Source of the DNA: Vicugna vicugna
Lineage: Eukaryota
Direction of reading: 5' to 3'
Assembly (NCBI GenBank): GCA_013265495.1
Contig: MU058824.1
Location: 5,612,976 to 5,676,975, forward strand
Length of the DNA: 64,000 nucleotides
Shown here: positions 39,740 to 53,340 of the stretch, piece by piece
Layout: the number at the start of each line of letters is the position of its first letter
How positions within the stretch are numbered: position 1 is the stretch's first letter
Program-made: the position numbers and the translations under genes
The notes under the pieces: generated by a model
Databases searched by the model: none
What the model was told of the DNA's origin: nothing
Seen by the model: the letters and a program-made list of their open reading frames with translations, nothing else

Positions 39740-39955
39740 ATCACAACTCTGGCTCACTTACATAGGGTTATCTCATAGCCTTGTGATCGTACAGAAAATT
39801 GATTAACCTCTCACCCCTTCAATTTCCTTATCGGTGAAATGGGAAAATAGTACTAATCATCTCATAGATTTGTTGGAAATAGTAAATGGAATATTATAGG
39901 TAAAAAAGTTAAAGCAGTACCTGGTACACGTTAAGTGCTCTGTAATAGTTATGTT
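39740..39955 (+). mobile_element. MIR SINE
   Basis: 'aatttccttatcggtgaaatgggaaaatagtac…ctcatagatttgttgg…tacctggtacacgttaagtgctc'. Confidence 0.75.
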
Positions 39956-40731
39956 ATCATCTCATTAATTCTTAGAAGATTTTTAAAAATACTGGTAAAC
40001 CTTTAAATCACTCTACTCCCCTCTCCGTATTACTTACTATTCCAAAAGCTTTTTCCTTTTGCCTGTGGAAATAGAAACATTGAAGAATTCAGCTTACCCT
40101 ACACCATCTTCAGCTCCATCTTGCGTATTCCAGAAGGATGAGATCACTCAGACACTCCAAGAAGTTTGTTTCTAATCAGAAAACAAAATCATATGAGCAA
40201 TTAGTTACTAAATTTAGCTTACTCAATTATCATTGAATCATTTCTTTGTTAAAAACTCAATTCTGCATCATGTTTGTGCCAGGTCTCCAACCACTACTCA
40301 CACACTTAAACACATTAAGATCAATTTCTCAATTTCAATCTATGAGAATATGCACCTTGAAAACTTCAGTTATATGGTAGCCACCATGGAGCATCAGCTA
40401 TTGCTTGAGGAAGGAAATCATGGGATGGAGCACAATCTAGAGGGAGGGGCATGTAAGGGAAAATTTTGGGTAAGGGGAAAACCAGAAAGGGATGCTGAAA
40501 GGCTCAACACCTAGTCTTCTTCATCTCTGTCCAGTCATCCACGGAAGCTTTCCTTTGAAACAGCAAGTACAAAAGGAAGAAATATTAACCAGAGCTAAAA
40601 AACCTGAATCTCGTGTATGCTGCAAATTTGGGGGAGGAAACAAATACTGTGGTCATGGCTAAAGCATATCTAAGGAGGATACTCCACAGAAAATAAGCAT
40701 CCTCAAGTCAGAGCCTCTTACGCTCCAACTT

Positions 40732-40942
40732 AGTACTGTCTGCTAGCACTTGTGTGCTGATGGAAGTATCTATAATCCACGTTGTCCTATATGGTAGCAC
40801 TAGCCATGCTTGGCTCTTGAGGACTTGAAATATGGCTAATGCAGCTGAGGAACCAGTTTTAATTGGATTTAATTTTGATTAATCAAAATGTAAATATGAA
40901 CAGCCATACATGGTTGACTCAACTGTTGTACAGTTGCAGTTC
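40732..40942. mobile_element. hAT-Charlie MITE, MER3-like
   Basis: 'gatggaagtatcta…tgtcctatatggtagcactagcca…acttgaaatatggctaatgcagctgaggaac…cagccatacatgg'. Confidence 0.8.
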
Positions 40943-42159
40943 TAAACCCTGAAGGTAAATTGAAGGGAAAGGCAAATCTCTACAAAATTTTATAAAGCTA
41001 TTGAAAGAATAGGAGGGTATGTTGCAAGTTGTGTCTGCCTCCCCAAAACCCATTCTGCCCCTCCCTCATGGCACAGCAGCCTGTGGTTTGGGTAGACTTG
41101 TCCTCACCCAAGTAACTTCTGTTCTATTCAGACAATTCATATCGAAACCAATCAGCACATGGTATCTGGTCAGGAGGACTGGTCAGATATGGTCCAGTGA
41201 GCTCAAAGCTCATTGACTGTAAGAAGCCCCTCTCGTCTTCCGACAATTAAGAACAAGAAGCAGGAGGCTTCCTTGATATAGGCAGTCATCTTGCAGTTGA
41301 GGAGGAACTTAAAGTTCAGCTGACAGACAAAGGAAAAGCAGCAAGAAGAGGCATGTCCTGATCATACTTAAAGCTCATTCCCTCTGCTTTTTGCATTTTC
41401 TAATGGTGTGCTGTTACTGAATTTCCTCCTTTAATGGTCCAAGTGTCACCCCATCCCTCACCTCATGCCAATCAACCAAGAATGTTCCTTATGTGAAGAT
41501 CAAATGGATTTTCCTTTCCTTTCTTTTTTTTTTAACTTTTTTTTTAACTGCATATATTGTTGAAAACCATGCTGAATTTCAGATTCATATTGGCTCTATA
41601 GTTTTCTTATACAGCATTTTCCTCCCCTGGAGTTTCTGATTGCTTTGCTTTTTTTCTTGGGGGATGATACATATACCTTTCTCATCATATCCCTAAGTAA
41701 CCTCATTTCTTATTCATTTTGTTTTTTCCTAAAATCCTTTTTTTTTTCTTGAGGATATTTTAGTTGGAACGTACTGACTTACTGATCTAATGTGATGGTC
41801 AACTTGCCAAATACTTAAATCATTAAATAGTTGATTTTCAGGGAATTTTTGTTCCCTTTTTGAAAGCTTAATATTTGTTCTTTTTATCCCCCAGCATCTT
41901 GCCCCTGCATTCACTCCTACCATTTTATAAAGGAAAAAATAAATGGGCTTCCCATTAGCACTGTTTACTGGCTTTTCTATTTGTTTGAACTCATGTCCTG
42001 TCCTCCCCCCTGCTGTGGCAAAACTGCCATGACAAAGTATTTCAGACCAAGACAGTAGAAGGGAAGAGTAGAAGTCAGCAAACACCCCAGGGGATTGCAC
42101 TGAATGGAAAGCTCACCCAATCAAATAGGCTGGAGCAAAAGAAAGGCTTCAGAAGAGGC

Positions 42160-42692
42160 AATCCTACTATTTGCAACAACACGAATAGGCCAGGAAGATT
42201 TTATGCTAAGTCAGTCACAGAAGGTCAAATAACTGCCTGATTTCACTCATATGAGATATCTAAAAGAGTCCAACTCAGAGAAGCAGGAAATAGAATGGTG
42301 GTTTCCAGGGGATGAGGAGCAGGGAATGGCACATTGTTGTCAATGGATCTAAAGTTACGGTTATGCAAGATGAGTAAGTTCCAGAGATCTGCTGTACAAC
42401 ATGGTGCCTACAGCTGATAATACTACCGGTACTGGGCACTTCAAAGCTTGTCAAGAGTGTAGATCTCATGCTACATGTTCTTACCCCCACCTCCATATAC
42501 CCACAGCAAGGGAACACATGAAATCTTTTGGAGGTGACAGATGAGTTTATTACCTTGTTTGTGGAGATGATGGTGTTATGGGTGTAAACATATTCCAAAA
42601 TGTATACATCAAAATGCATACATTAAATATGCTCAACTTTTTGTATGTTAAGTATATCTCAGAAAAGTTGAAAAAAACATTAAAAAAAAAAA
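42160..42692 (+). mobile_element. L1MA-like 3'UTR fragment
   Basis: 'tagaatggtggtttccagggg…ttatgcaagatgagtaagttccagagatctgctgtacaacat…' plus A-tail. Confidence 0.85.
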
Positions 42693-42834
42693 GCTTTCAA
42701 AAATTCCTAACTCTTCAGCAAACTAACCCTGTGGTGATTTTGTCTGCTTCTACTTTCGTTGGGACTGACTGGCCCCAGGCCACCCTCCTGGGCTTTCTCT
42801 TCATGGGGCTTGTGAGTTATCTCAGTGGTTTCTT

Positions 42835-42886
42835 TCTTTTCTTTTCTTTAATTGCGTTATAGTCAGTTTACAATGTTGTGTCAGTT
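42835..42886 (-). mobile_element. Ultra-short young L1 3'-end insertion
   Basis: The reverse complement matches the terminus of the L1 at 24328-24553. Exact 13-bp TSD tcagtggtttctt at 42822-42834 and 42887-42899. Confidence 0.9.
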
Positions 42887-45800
42887 TCAGTGGTTTCTTG
42901 ATCCTATTTCTTCTCATGCTCCTGGGGTTCATCAACTCAAAGTATTCTCTTCAAAAAGAGTTCCAGAGAAGTGACATTTTAAGATGTTGTCCTACAGAAA
43001 AAAATGTCATTTTACCCTCAGTATCCATCTAAAAATTGGCTAGGTTTCAACTTATAGGCCCTAAATCATTTTACTTACAAAGTTTGAAGGACACAATTAC
43101 TGCCTTAAGCTTGTATTTATTCTGATGGAAAAAAATCTGATGCCAATCTGATTCACATTTCTACAGGTCCCTTATATCAAGAATTTCCTCAGTCTCTTGT
43201 CTGCAGACATCTCCATGCTGGCTCCTGCCCCTCTCAGGAGTTGCTGTTATGAATTTATAGAAAAGAGAGATGACAAATGCAAGTGCTCAGCCCATGTTTT
43301 GAAAAACTAGCTCCTCCTGATTTTCCTTAATTAAGTCAACTCCTTTGGTTTACATAGTGTATAATCACGTATAAATGTGTACATTCAACAACAGATTATG
43401 TGACATTGGTGGGAAAATTAGGTGGCTTTGGGTCAGTCCAGTTGGGTCGATTGTAAATTAGATTGTCCTGAGAGAAAAACTGAAGCAAAAAGGAACTTAG
43501 AAATGAGAGAAGAGTTAACCTCTGCATGAGGAAAGACACTACGGAGAAGCAAATTGAAGTGAAGCCAAGCCAAGCAGTAATCCTGTGGTGTTGCTGTTTT
43601 GATCAATATTTATGTTAGTCCCTGGCTGAGTGATAATTGCGTCAGTCCATGAGGAAAAGATAAATAGAAACAAGGAAGAAGTGGAGTTTGACTGTAAGTT
43701 GTTTCTTGTTTCATAAATTGCTTCACCCTGATAATCTGCTTGATCTGAGCTCCCACCAGACTGAATGCAAATGAATTGTAGCAAAAGTGAACTGGAAACA
43801 AAAGTCCTGAGTTTACAAAAAAGCACCTGTTCTGCAATTATTTGTGAACTCTCTCTCTCAGCCAGTCCAGACTGAATGTCTCTGTATTTAAAAAAATTTT
43901 TCCACTTTAAAATAAAAAGAGGGCATGGTATTCCCTGAGGTAACATTATATCCTGAGTTCTAGAAACACTTCCCTTCTATTTTCCAGTAAAGCCCATTTA
44001 CATTGATTAATTAAGAAAGATGTTCTCTTTTGGCAATGGAAACACCGGATTGCCCCTTATTTAGTACCTTATTAATAAGAAATACTGGGCATGAGATACA
44101 CATTAGCAGAGCAACATTTCGGTGCTAAGGCAAGGCTTTTGGCCTTCCGCCTTTGAATTGCTGGCCTTCTAAGTCCTAACTGTCTGGGTCCCCTTCTGTG
44201 ACTCAGGGAGACTTCTGAGATTCTGGTGGAGTCAGTAGTAAGGCAAAGACTTCCCTTCATAGTTAATCCATTAAAAGATTTAACAAAAGGATCTGAGAAG
44301 AAGAAAACAAAACATCTGAGACTGTGTTGGGAGAGTTGGGAGAGGAATGACCCATCAACCAGAAAGTAGCACGGGAGAAAATAAGTAAAGTGAGAAAGGA
44401 AAACAGTCACCTGTAAATAGATTTTGTCGTCTATGAGGAAAAGTAACTACCAGCTCCCACAGCCCCCGAAGTGTAACAGCTATGGAACCGTTGATAGGTT
44501 GGAGAAGACGGTTGAAGTCCCTTCTTAATTAAAGAAGTCAGAGAAGTGGCCGTGGCCTTTCAAGACCTGGGTAGGCCAAAAGACACACCGATATCTGGGC
44601 CATATGGCCACAACTGTACTAGAATCTAGTTGGAAACAGTAATGTGTAGAATGGACACAGCAGAAAAGAGACTATTTATGAGCTCAGAGACTGGGAACAG
44701 CAATGTGTTGTTGGAGCTGGAGCTTCTTCTCACCCCCTGGGTCATCTCTCTTGTTTACAGCAGAGAGAACACGGTTTTCTTGTTTTGCTTGCTCTGACCA
44801 GGGTCATACGCAAAGCACGAACATACATGTTCAAAAGGTATGATTGCCGTGCCTCAAAAGGAACACCATGCCTGCCTGCTTTCCTCCTAATATTTCTGTG
44901 GAAAGAGCACTGTAACTACATTAAATAACTTTTATCACGAACTTAGAAAGAAACATTAGATTTTATAGTTGACGCTATTCAATGTAACCCCGTGTTATCA
45001 GTTTCACTTAGTAAAAAATAATTAAAATAGCTTAAATACTCAACATAGGCCATCCACATACAACATGCTTTACCTACACAATAAGGAATTTATTTTGTCA
45101 CTTAAAATTACCTTTAGGGAGAGCTTATACCATGATTCATTTAAATGGTATGTTAAAAAAAACAGTATACTCAATTGCATATAAATCATGATCTCAAATA
45201 TATGAAAAACACATAAAAATGTACTAAAATGTTACTGTAAAATAGATAGCTTTAGATTTTTAAAAACTGTTTTTCTCAATTTTTCTGTGGTAAGCTTCTA
45301 ACACTTTTATGATTAGAAAAAAAAATCTTCATTTCATCTATAACCCTAGGATTCTAGCATAAATGACACTGGTTTCATTTTGCCTATTTCTTTTCATAAG
45401 AGAATGTAGTTTTATTCATCAGTCTGCCTCATCAGATGTTCTTAGGCCTTAGAAAGCAGACAATTCAGTAGGTAAAAATCATTAATACTAAGTGGCAGCT
45501 TTGGGCCCATAATGGGCTGGTTAATTTTATTCCATGCCAACGACACAGAATTCATCCTGAATTCTGACCACATATTCCAAACAAAATGGAAAAAGCAAAA
45601 TGTATAAGGGCCCAGACAAACCTTTTCCTATCTTACCAGCCTTTTCATCCCTGTACATGGTGAAGAGTTTTATAAGCACAGAAACTTCAATGCTAGAATT
45701 GATTCTACGCAGAATCATGTTGAGGAACTAATTGGAAGGTTTGCTTTGATCCTCCATTTGAGATGTAATACATCTAAAGGCACCAGGATGACATTTAGTA

Positions 45801-48800
45801 CTGACACCATGGGAAGAAAAATGTATCTGATGGGTTCATGAATCCTCTGAAAGTGTTAATTTACTTAATTTACTTTTATTTTTAAAAAACCTTGTACAAA
45901 AGCAAACTAATTAAAAAGGAATACTACAGAAATCTGAGGGAAAGTTTTTCTTGGAGTACTGTTTTGGTTTTATAATCAACCCAAAAACCTCCTCTCTTCA
46001 GATGTTTGTGGGGACCCTGGAAGGACCAAAATGTAGCCCACAGATACTCTGCACCCAGTTACCACAGATAGAACTGTGTTGCTCAGGTCAGAAAGTCATA
46101 GGAGTGAGAAACACCTTAAAAATGGTCATCTGAAATCCCACTCTCTAATTCCCAGTAAAGGGAGAACTTCCTATCTTGTTTCTATTAACCCCCCTGATTT
46201 TGGGAAGTAATGGTAGGGACCACCATCATGTCACCTCTCTCCCAAACAATAATCCTAGATGCTGTTTCCCCAAGATTGTGGTTTTTTGACTGACATCATG
46301 AGGAACAATCAAGAGCCCTCAAACCTCTTTGTTTTTCTAGAGAACCACAGTGTTGGTCTCTTCCTTGGACTCCTGGAGAATCGAAAGATATGAGGATAAC
46401 CATGTGTACATTACTGGGTGGCTGTAAGATGTGAGGGTGAAGTATCTCCAGGTTGTTTGAGGTCTCCTTGTACTTTTAGATTTAAAAAGAAATGCTATGC
46501 TCCCATTCTTTGTTGTGTGTGAAGGGCAAAGCCTTCAAGACTCTTGGAAACTCCATGGAGTGCTACTATCCTGTGTCGATTCTGTGTCTAGGGTGCAGTT
46601 TCTGCTGAATCTCACCAATTTCTCACGTCTAATGTCTGTCTTCTACATGGGCTCCATTCTGACTTCTAGAACTTGAGCCCTTCAGCTCACAGGTTGTACA
46701 GGTGAGGGGACTTTACATATCTACATGGCTTGGTAAACTTTTTGGCTCTATATGCTCCTTATATTGCCCTCTCACCCCACTTTTTTTTGACTCCCTCAAA
46801 ACTGGATGAAACTTCTGGGAAGATACTTTATCTTATCTTATTATCCTTCCTTCCACTTGAGTGGAGGCCTATCAAACTTACTGAGTGATTCATGAATACC
46901 TCTAAACCAGTCTTATCTTTGCAACTCTGGAAGAGACTTTGAACTGTCAATCTTTCCATGTCTCCTCCTCGATCAATCTCTGAAATGGGAAAGAAAGAGT
47001 AGAGAGAACAACCCACTTCCCATGATATGAATTATGCCATCTGAGAAGGCAGAAATGGTTGAAGTCCTTATGGGTTTTAAATAATAGTCTATCAGCTCCA
47101 TTACACAGATAAAGCCTGTGGAAGCCCTTGACAGATCTCATAGCCTGTGGGAGATGCTCAGTAAATGGTGTTTACGATGATTACTTCTCTTTATCACACT
47201 TCATAATCACGCTTCTGTGGTTGGTATTTGACATTGCTACCAAATTTCTCTTTCTAAATTCTTATTTAAACAAAATCACCTTCTGCAGGGAGCGTCCTAG
47301 TTTACTACAGACTATGGGCAATAAAAAATAGATGCTCCACCAAGAATGAATCCCTCTGCATTCCAACACCAACATTTTATAAATCAAGAAACCTGAAAAC
47401 CAAAATACTTCCAACCTGCCCAAATACACAAGTAGTCGGTGACAGTTTGAATGAGAGACTGGGGCTCCTAGCTCATCCTACTTGGATCTTCTGATAAAAG
47501 ACTAAGAACACAGAGGATATTCTGAACCAAGACCCATGGGTTTTGTGGTTTCTTTTCCATTAATAAGATTGTCATGTGCCAAAGCCTATCCTGCTATCTA
47601 ATCTACCTGCCATTTAAAAATAAATTAGGTTCTTATGATTTGGTAAAATCTATGAAAATCTCCCATTTTGCCAGGACCATGTTGTCTTTGCACATAAATT
47701 AATTACATAGGAAAGCTTTAAAATTTGACCTCTGCAAGACTCCAGTCAACTTTGTTTATGGGAAGGGAAAAATGATGAGGGAAATACTGAAATTAAAAAA
47801 AAAAACCAGTTCAGCTTATGGAGAGGATAAGATAATTTACTGTGAAAGCAGGTCAGCTGGTTTGTGACTTCAGCAGGTCACAGACTTTAAGAAAAAAATC
47901 TGTCTAGCGAGTAGGTTATAACATCTTTCTTCACCATAAGCAAGCATTAGCAGGTTGTAAAACTGCCTGGAATTTCTCCACCCTGGATGGGGAGTGTGCA
48001 CGCACACTCATAGCCACTGCTGTGCGATAGGGGCCGACTCTCCTTGTTTCTCTGGTTGTTTTTTTGTCAAGTGATGTTTCCAAATCTGGCTACCTGGCCA
48101 CACAGCTCAATCAGCTTATCCTTCATTCCTTGACTGTTGTAAATAGAGGCTCATGGGATCCAATTATTACTGTTTCCTCCTCCCTCGAAGAGTCATTATA
48201 CATACGAGCTGTGGGCAGCCTCTACTGGATTCTTGGGGGATATCTGAATTCAAAGACTAGAATTCAGCTTCCTATCCAGGGATAAGGTAAAAGGACATCA
48301 GCCAAAGAGAAAGGCTTGAACTGCCTATTAAAGTGTCAGAACCCCTAGTATTGCTGAAGTCGGATCACTTCAGGTTTTTTGCCCTAGCATTTTCCATGTA
48401 AATCACTTTACCGTACACATTTACCATAGGTCTAATCTCTTAATCTCTTTTAAAATAGTTTAGATGAATTTTTTTTAAAAAACTTTGAGACCAGGATTTT
48501 ACATTTTTTCTTTTTTGATATATATGAAAATAACATATCACTAAATTGTAGCTTATTAGTTTATGCATGAAAGAACAGTTGGTGTTTGTCCAATTAAAAC
48601 ATCTTTTGTAACCTCTGAAGCCCCTCCTCGACCTAAAGATGACTTGGAACTTGCTAACTGGCCATTCTTAAATTATTAGGCTACACTTGTTCTAAGATTT
48701 AGACTTGTGGGTGTAAGGAATTTGCCATGCTTAAAGCAAGCATCATACCAAAGCATGAATTCCTCTATGGAAAGTAGGACCTGAGATATTGATTCACTTT

Positions 48801-49464
48801 ATTATTTTTAGTTAAGTTGCCCTCAGTTTAAGTCGGCTAGCTGGTTATCTGAATTTTGTGCTGTATTCTGGAATCTGAATTAACTCCCAAGGATTGCAAG
48901 TGGGAATTTAATGATAGTCAGTAAAACAATGACAAAACGGTCCAATCAAGGACTTCTTGAAGCTTCTGCAGATGATTTTAATGCTTTTTCAGTATGAAAG
49001 GCCCTGCCAGTTAGCCACCTAATTAAGCAAAATGACTTGTCTGATAAATTCAATCTTCTTAATGACGACCAGATGCCCACCAAAGCCACTTGAGATTTTA
49101 TGAGTAATGATTATTAAAAACTGTTATTAACTATTTCACTCTAGAATTTTTCATTCCCTCAAATAACTGGGATTACACTTTAAAATAAAAGGAGCAAACA
49201 GAAAAATGATTTTTAAAATACAGGTTTGCAGGATGTAATAGATAAAACTCAAAAAAACAAAAATCCAGTGAGCACTGTCTTGGGATGTGGCTGTTTAGAT
49301 GCAACACAAAGTAATATCTCAAACTATTCATATTCAAAGCTAGTCTCCATGTAATGAGGTATTATTTCAAACATGAGTTGGTACAGTTCCTCTAATTGGA
49401 CCTGCCGCTTAACTGGTGCCTCAGTTTCCTAGTGGATATAATGGGACAATAGTTCCTACATTAT

Positions 49465-49603
49465 TTGTGGACATTTTACTTGGCTTCTTCCCTATCCCTA
49501 GTCTGCTTCCCATGGCTTCTCGGAGAGCACTTCCATAACAAATCACTTGCATGTGAATCCTTATCTCAGAATCTGCTTCTGAAGAGAGCCTTAACCAAAG
49601 AGA
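49465..49603 (+). mobile_element. LTR16-like (ERVL) LTR 3' end
   Basis: 'gagagcacttccataacaaatcacttgcatgtgaatccttatctcagaatctgcttctg'. Confidence 0.7.
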
Positions 49604-49979
49604 ACAGGGGAAGGAGAATTAGATAGCGGGGTGAGGAGGAAGACTGCCTTCTCTTCAGTTCTATGACATAAACATTCTTCTTCCCTAGTGGGGGAAGGTG
49701 ACTATCAAAGCTCAGAATTCTTCTTACTAGAGAAGAATATGTTGATAGCGCCCTTTAATAATTCTTTATACTTTTATTTGTTATTTAGAGATTTAAGAGC
49801 TGGATGCTATAGATGATAAAATGCGGTGTTGACACAGGAAGGGATTTGCTTAAGGACATAAAATCCATGACTAATGTAGAACTAGAACAAAAGTCTCCTG
49901 ATTTTTTGGGCCATGGCTTCCATCCAGCCTGGAGTCAGACAGAACAGTTCTCAGCTCAGCTGCTTATTAGTTATGTAAC

Positions 49980-50210
49980 CAGCGGTGCACTCGTTTAATG
50001 TTTAGCAACCAGCTTTTAGGGGCGGGGGTACCCTGATTTGTAGTGTTTGATAATTTCCATGGTGTAAATACTTTCATGGTGGCCAATTTTAAGCTATTCA
50101 TGGTGGCCAGTTAATTTTAAGCTACCATGTGATGTCATTGAATGCAAAGTTGGGAGAGATGTGCAATTAGTTCTTGGAGGCTGGTGTGGGTCAGCTCTGA
50201 CACATCCCTG
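49980..50210. mobile_element. hAT-Blackjack MITE, MER63-like, inserted into a MIR (flanks ~49928-49979 and ~50211-50335)
   Basis: 'ccctgatttgtagtgtttgataatttccatggtgtaaatact…aagctacca…gttgggagagatgtgca'. Termini cagcggtg…/…catccctg. Confidence 0.8.
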
Positions 50211-51690
50211 TCTCTAGCCTTTCTAAACCTCTTTTGTTTCCATGTTGTCATCTATTACACTGATATACCTAGTCAGTCATGTTTTATGAGGATTAATGTT
50301 ATGATATATAATTGCCTAAAACTTATTATTATCGTCATCAATAGTAACGAAAGCTAAAAATAAAAAATGATACAAAATACGATAAATTTTCAGCTTACTA
50401 TTGATATTTGTATTTGTCAGATTGTGAAATACAAACTGTAGCCAATGCTACATGCTAAAATATTTAAGGAAAAAATTTTATAGGGGAAGGAAAGGGTGAT
50501 ATAAATGATGCTAAACAGCAGCAGCAATGCCTTTCATTGTTTTCCACTCAGCCACCTGAGAGACCTGAGTGTATCACCTAAACTGGCCATTTGTTTCAGA
50601 GGTCACGTCTAACTTTAGTCTATGTCTCTGGAATACACAACGTCACAATTGTCAATGTCACTTTGTACACTATCTATTAACAACTGACTATTATAAAGCA
50701 CTTAACAGTAGATATATCATGCAGTATTCTTGTTTCTGAGATCAAATGGTAGTAAATATCAGGTTGTCACTATTAATGGGATTTCCATTGGAGCCAAATC
50801 TGTTTGTATTATAGCAACTGGGAATAATTACCTCAAAATATCAAGAAAGATACGGGATTCTTTTTCATCACTGTCAGGAGATGGAAATACCAAGAGGCAT
50901 CAAATAAATGTAGGGCATGTTGCAAAACTTGTTGTGTTAATAGAAGCCATTACCTGAACATCATATCAGTGATTAGAAAATTGTTAACATTCACAAAGCA
51001 CATGAGAGTTCCCTTTGGGATTCTGCTTCTATTTTGTAAGCGTATTTTCCAAAGAAGTGAATAAGACACTAGGTCTTTAACTACTGGACACACTTGATAG
51101 GAATCCTACTCATCTTCCCTCCCTCAAGAGCTGGATCAGAGGAGCTGTTCAGTAGCTAGCTGTATTTGCACAAGTGTTATCTCTTTCTCTAGCACTGTGG
51201 ACTCCGGCTTCTCCTTATCTTAGGAATCTTCTTCCATCTTGATTTACTGCATATAAACTTTGATTAGAGTTTGCCCTCAAGACAGACAGTAAAAAGGAGG
51301 GAGTCTAGCAGAGCTGAGAAGATGATGAAAGAATGTGAGAGTAATGTTGGCCCAAGAAGGGATCTTATTCATCAAAATATTTTTCGAGAGGAAAGAAATG
51401 TTCATCCAATTGCCTGAACTGTGTTTGCTGGCATTTATTTTTAGGTGCAATATTTGTTTCATGACCACAATCTTGGTTGTAACTTGTTATCTATACTTTG
51501 GACATGATTTCAACATGAGTCCAAAGAAGAAAAGGCAGCCAAGGCAAGAAGAAGATATGAGGTAATGTGATGATGTGAAAGGAGGGTTTCTGTGAAGTAG
51601 AGGGTAAAGTCAGCCTCTACTTCTGTGAAGAAAAATCTTACAGAAATTCTACTTAGTAATAGAATTGGTTAGTAAGGAAAAGTGGCCTCT

Positions 51691-52447
51691 TTTTCCTTAA
51701 TAAAATTTTTATATTTTAAGGTACACAACCTGGTGTTTTGCTATACATATACATAGCTAAATGACCGCCACAGTGAAGCGAATTAACATATCTACCTCCT
51801 CACAGAGTTACTGTTTTGTGTGTGTGTGGTGGAAGCACCTGAGATCTACTTTCTCAGTAAATTTCCAGTATTTAGTATGACATTATTAACACTAGTCTTC
51901 ATGCTATACACTAGACCTCTAGACTTATTCATTGTACGTGACTGAAGCTTCACACCCTTTGACCAGCATTTCTTCATTTTTCTCACCCCCACAGCCCCTG
52001 GTAGCCACTACTCTACTCTCTGGTTCTGTGAGGTTGGGATTTTTAAATTCTAAATGTAAGTGAGATCATGTAGTTTTTATTTTTTGTGTCTGGTTTATTT
52101 CACCTAGTATGATGTCCTCTAAGTTCAACCATATAGCCACAAATGGCAGTATCTCCTTCCTTATTAAGATTGAGTAATATTTCATTGTGTGTGTGTTTGT
52201 GTGTATATTATCTCAAAATTTCTGTATCTATTCATCCATCAATGGACACAAAGGAAACCTTTGCATGCTGTTGGTGGGAATATAAATTGGTAGAGCCATT
52301 ATGAAAAACTGTATGTAGATGCCTCAAAAATTAAAAATAAAACCACTATGTGATCCAGCAATTTCACTTCTGGATATACAGCCAAAGTAAATGAGATATA
52401 TGTGCTGCCATGTTCACTGCAGCAGTATTCACAATAGCCAAGATACA
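51691..52447 (-). mobile_element. L1MA-like insertion with 5' inversion
   Basis: 51691-52249 is L1 3'UTR on the - strand and 52250-52446 is upstream L1 sequence on the + strand. Flanking repeat gaaaagtggc at 51677-51686 and 52448-52457. Confidence 0.85.
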
Positions 52448-53340
52448 GAAAAGTGGCTTTCTGATTGATTGGTCTCTTCAAAATGCTTCTCTAATGAAAA
52501 CAGCTATTTTTACTAAATTTTTGTAAGAATTGGAGGGGAGTGTTAATACATGAGGGGAAAAAAAGGAAAGAAAAGAAAAAATAAAGGAGCCAGGTGCTGG
52601 TGCCTCAACCTGCATTTCCATCCAGTGGGATCTCCACATACTCACAGAGGGATGGTTGCTGTCAGTTTCCTCTGGCACAGATGCTAAAAACAAAACCAAA
52701 ACAAAAATCTCTACTCTTATCTCTGTCCTCTTGTCCTCTCCTTTTTGGGGCTGAAACTCTCCTTCTGCTTCCCACAGTGTGCAGTGGGTCATTCCGGCTG
52801 CCTTGGGCATCCTCCAGTGAGCAGAGCAGCGGTCCTGGCTCTCTGTCACGCCCCATCTCTCTCTGTCTCTTAGAGGCCTGAGGAGAAACAGCCCAGCTGG
52901 CAGGAGTGTGGGCTGCTGTCTGCCTCTCAATGGCTTGTTTCCTCACAAATGGGCTGGAGGCTGTCATCTGCGCAGAGAGGGAGCAGGGCCAACAACTTCA
53001 GTGAATAGTCAATTCTTCTCTGCCCAGCAAGGTTGAGAAAGCAAGAAGCATTTTTCCCTTGATAGCTCTGATTTTTGTTAGAGGCATGTCCCTTGTGTTT
53101 TCAGGTCAAGAAACTCAGAATTGAACCCTGTGATCTACTATATGCACACTCTGAATCATGTAACCAATGTGTATTGTGCATGGAGCATCTCCAGGCACTG
53201 TGCTAGGTGTGGGGGTACAACCCGTGGAAAATTCAGCTCTGGTCCTCAAGTTGCAGCTCACACATTAGCATGGAAACTAGTCTACTGCAGATGGCACGGT
53301 AGTGTGACTGCAGAGTATATAAAACAAGAGCGGAAGTGCA

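Noticed and set aside
50073..50124. Short tandem duplication ttcatggtggcca…ttttaagcta
   Set aside because: Real but trivial slippage inside a MER63-like element.
52478..52967. Overlapping 95-150-aa ORFs between the two inverted L1s
   Set aside because: Mildly GC-rich sequence with ORFs on both strands and no homology I can name.
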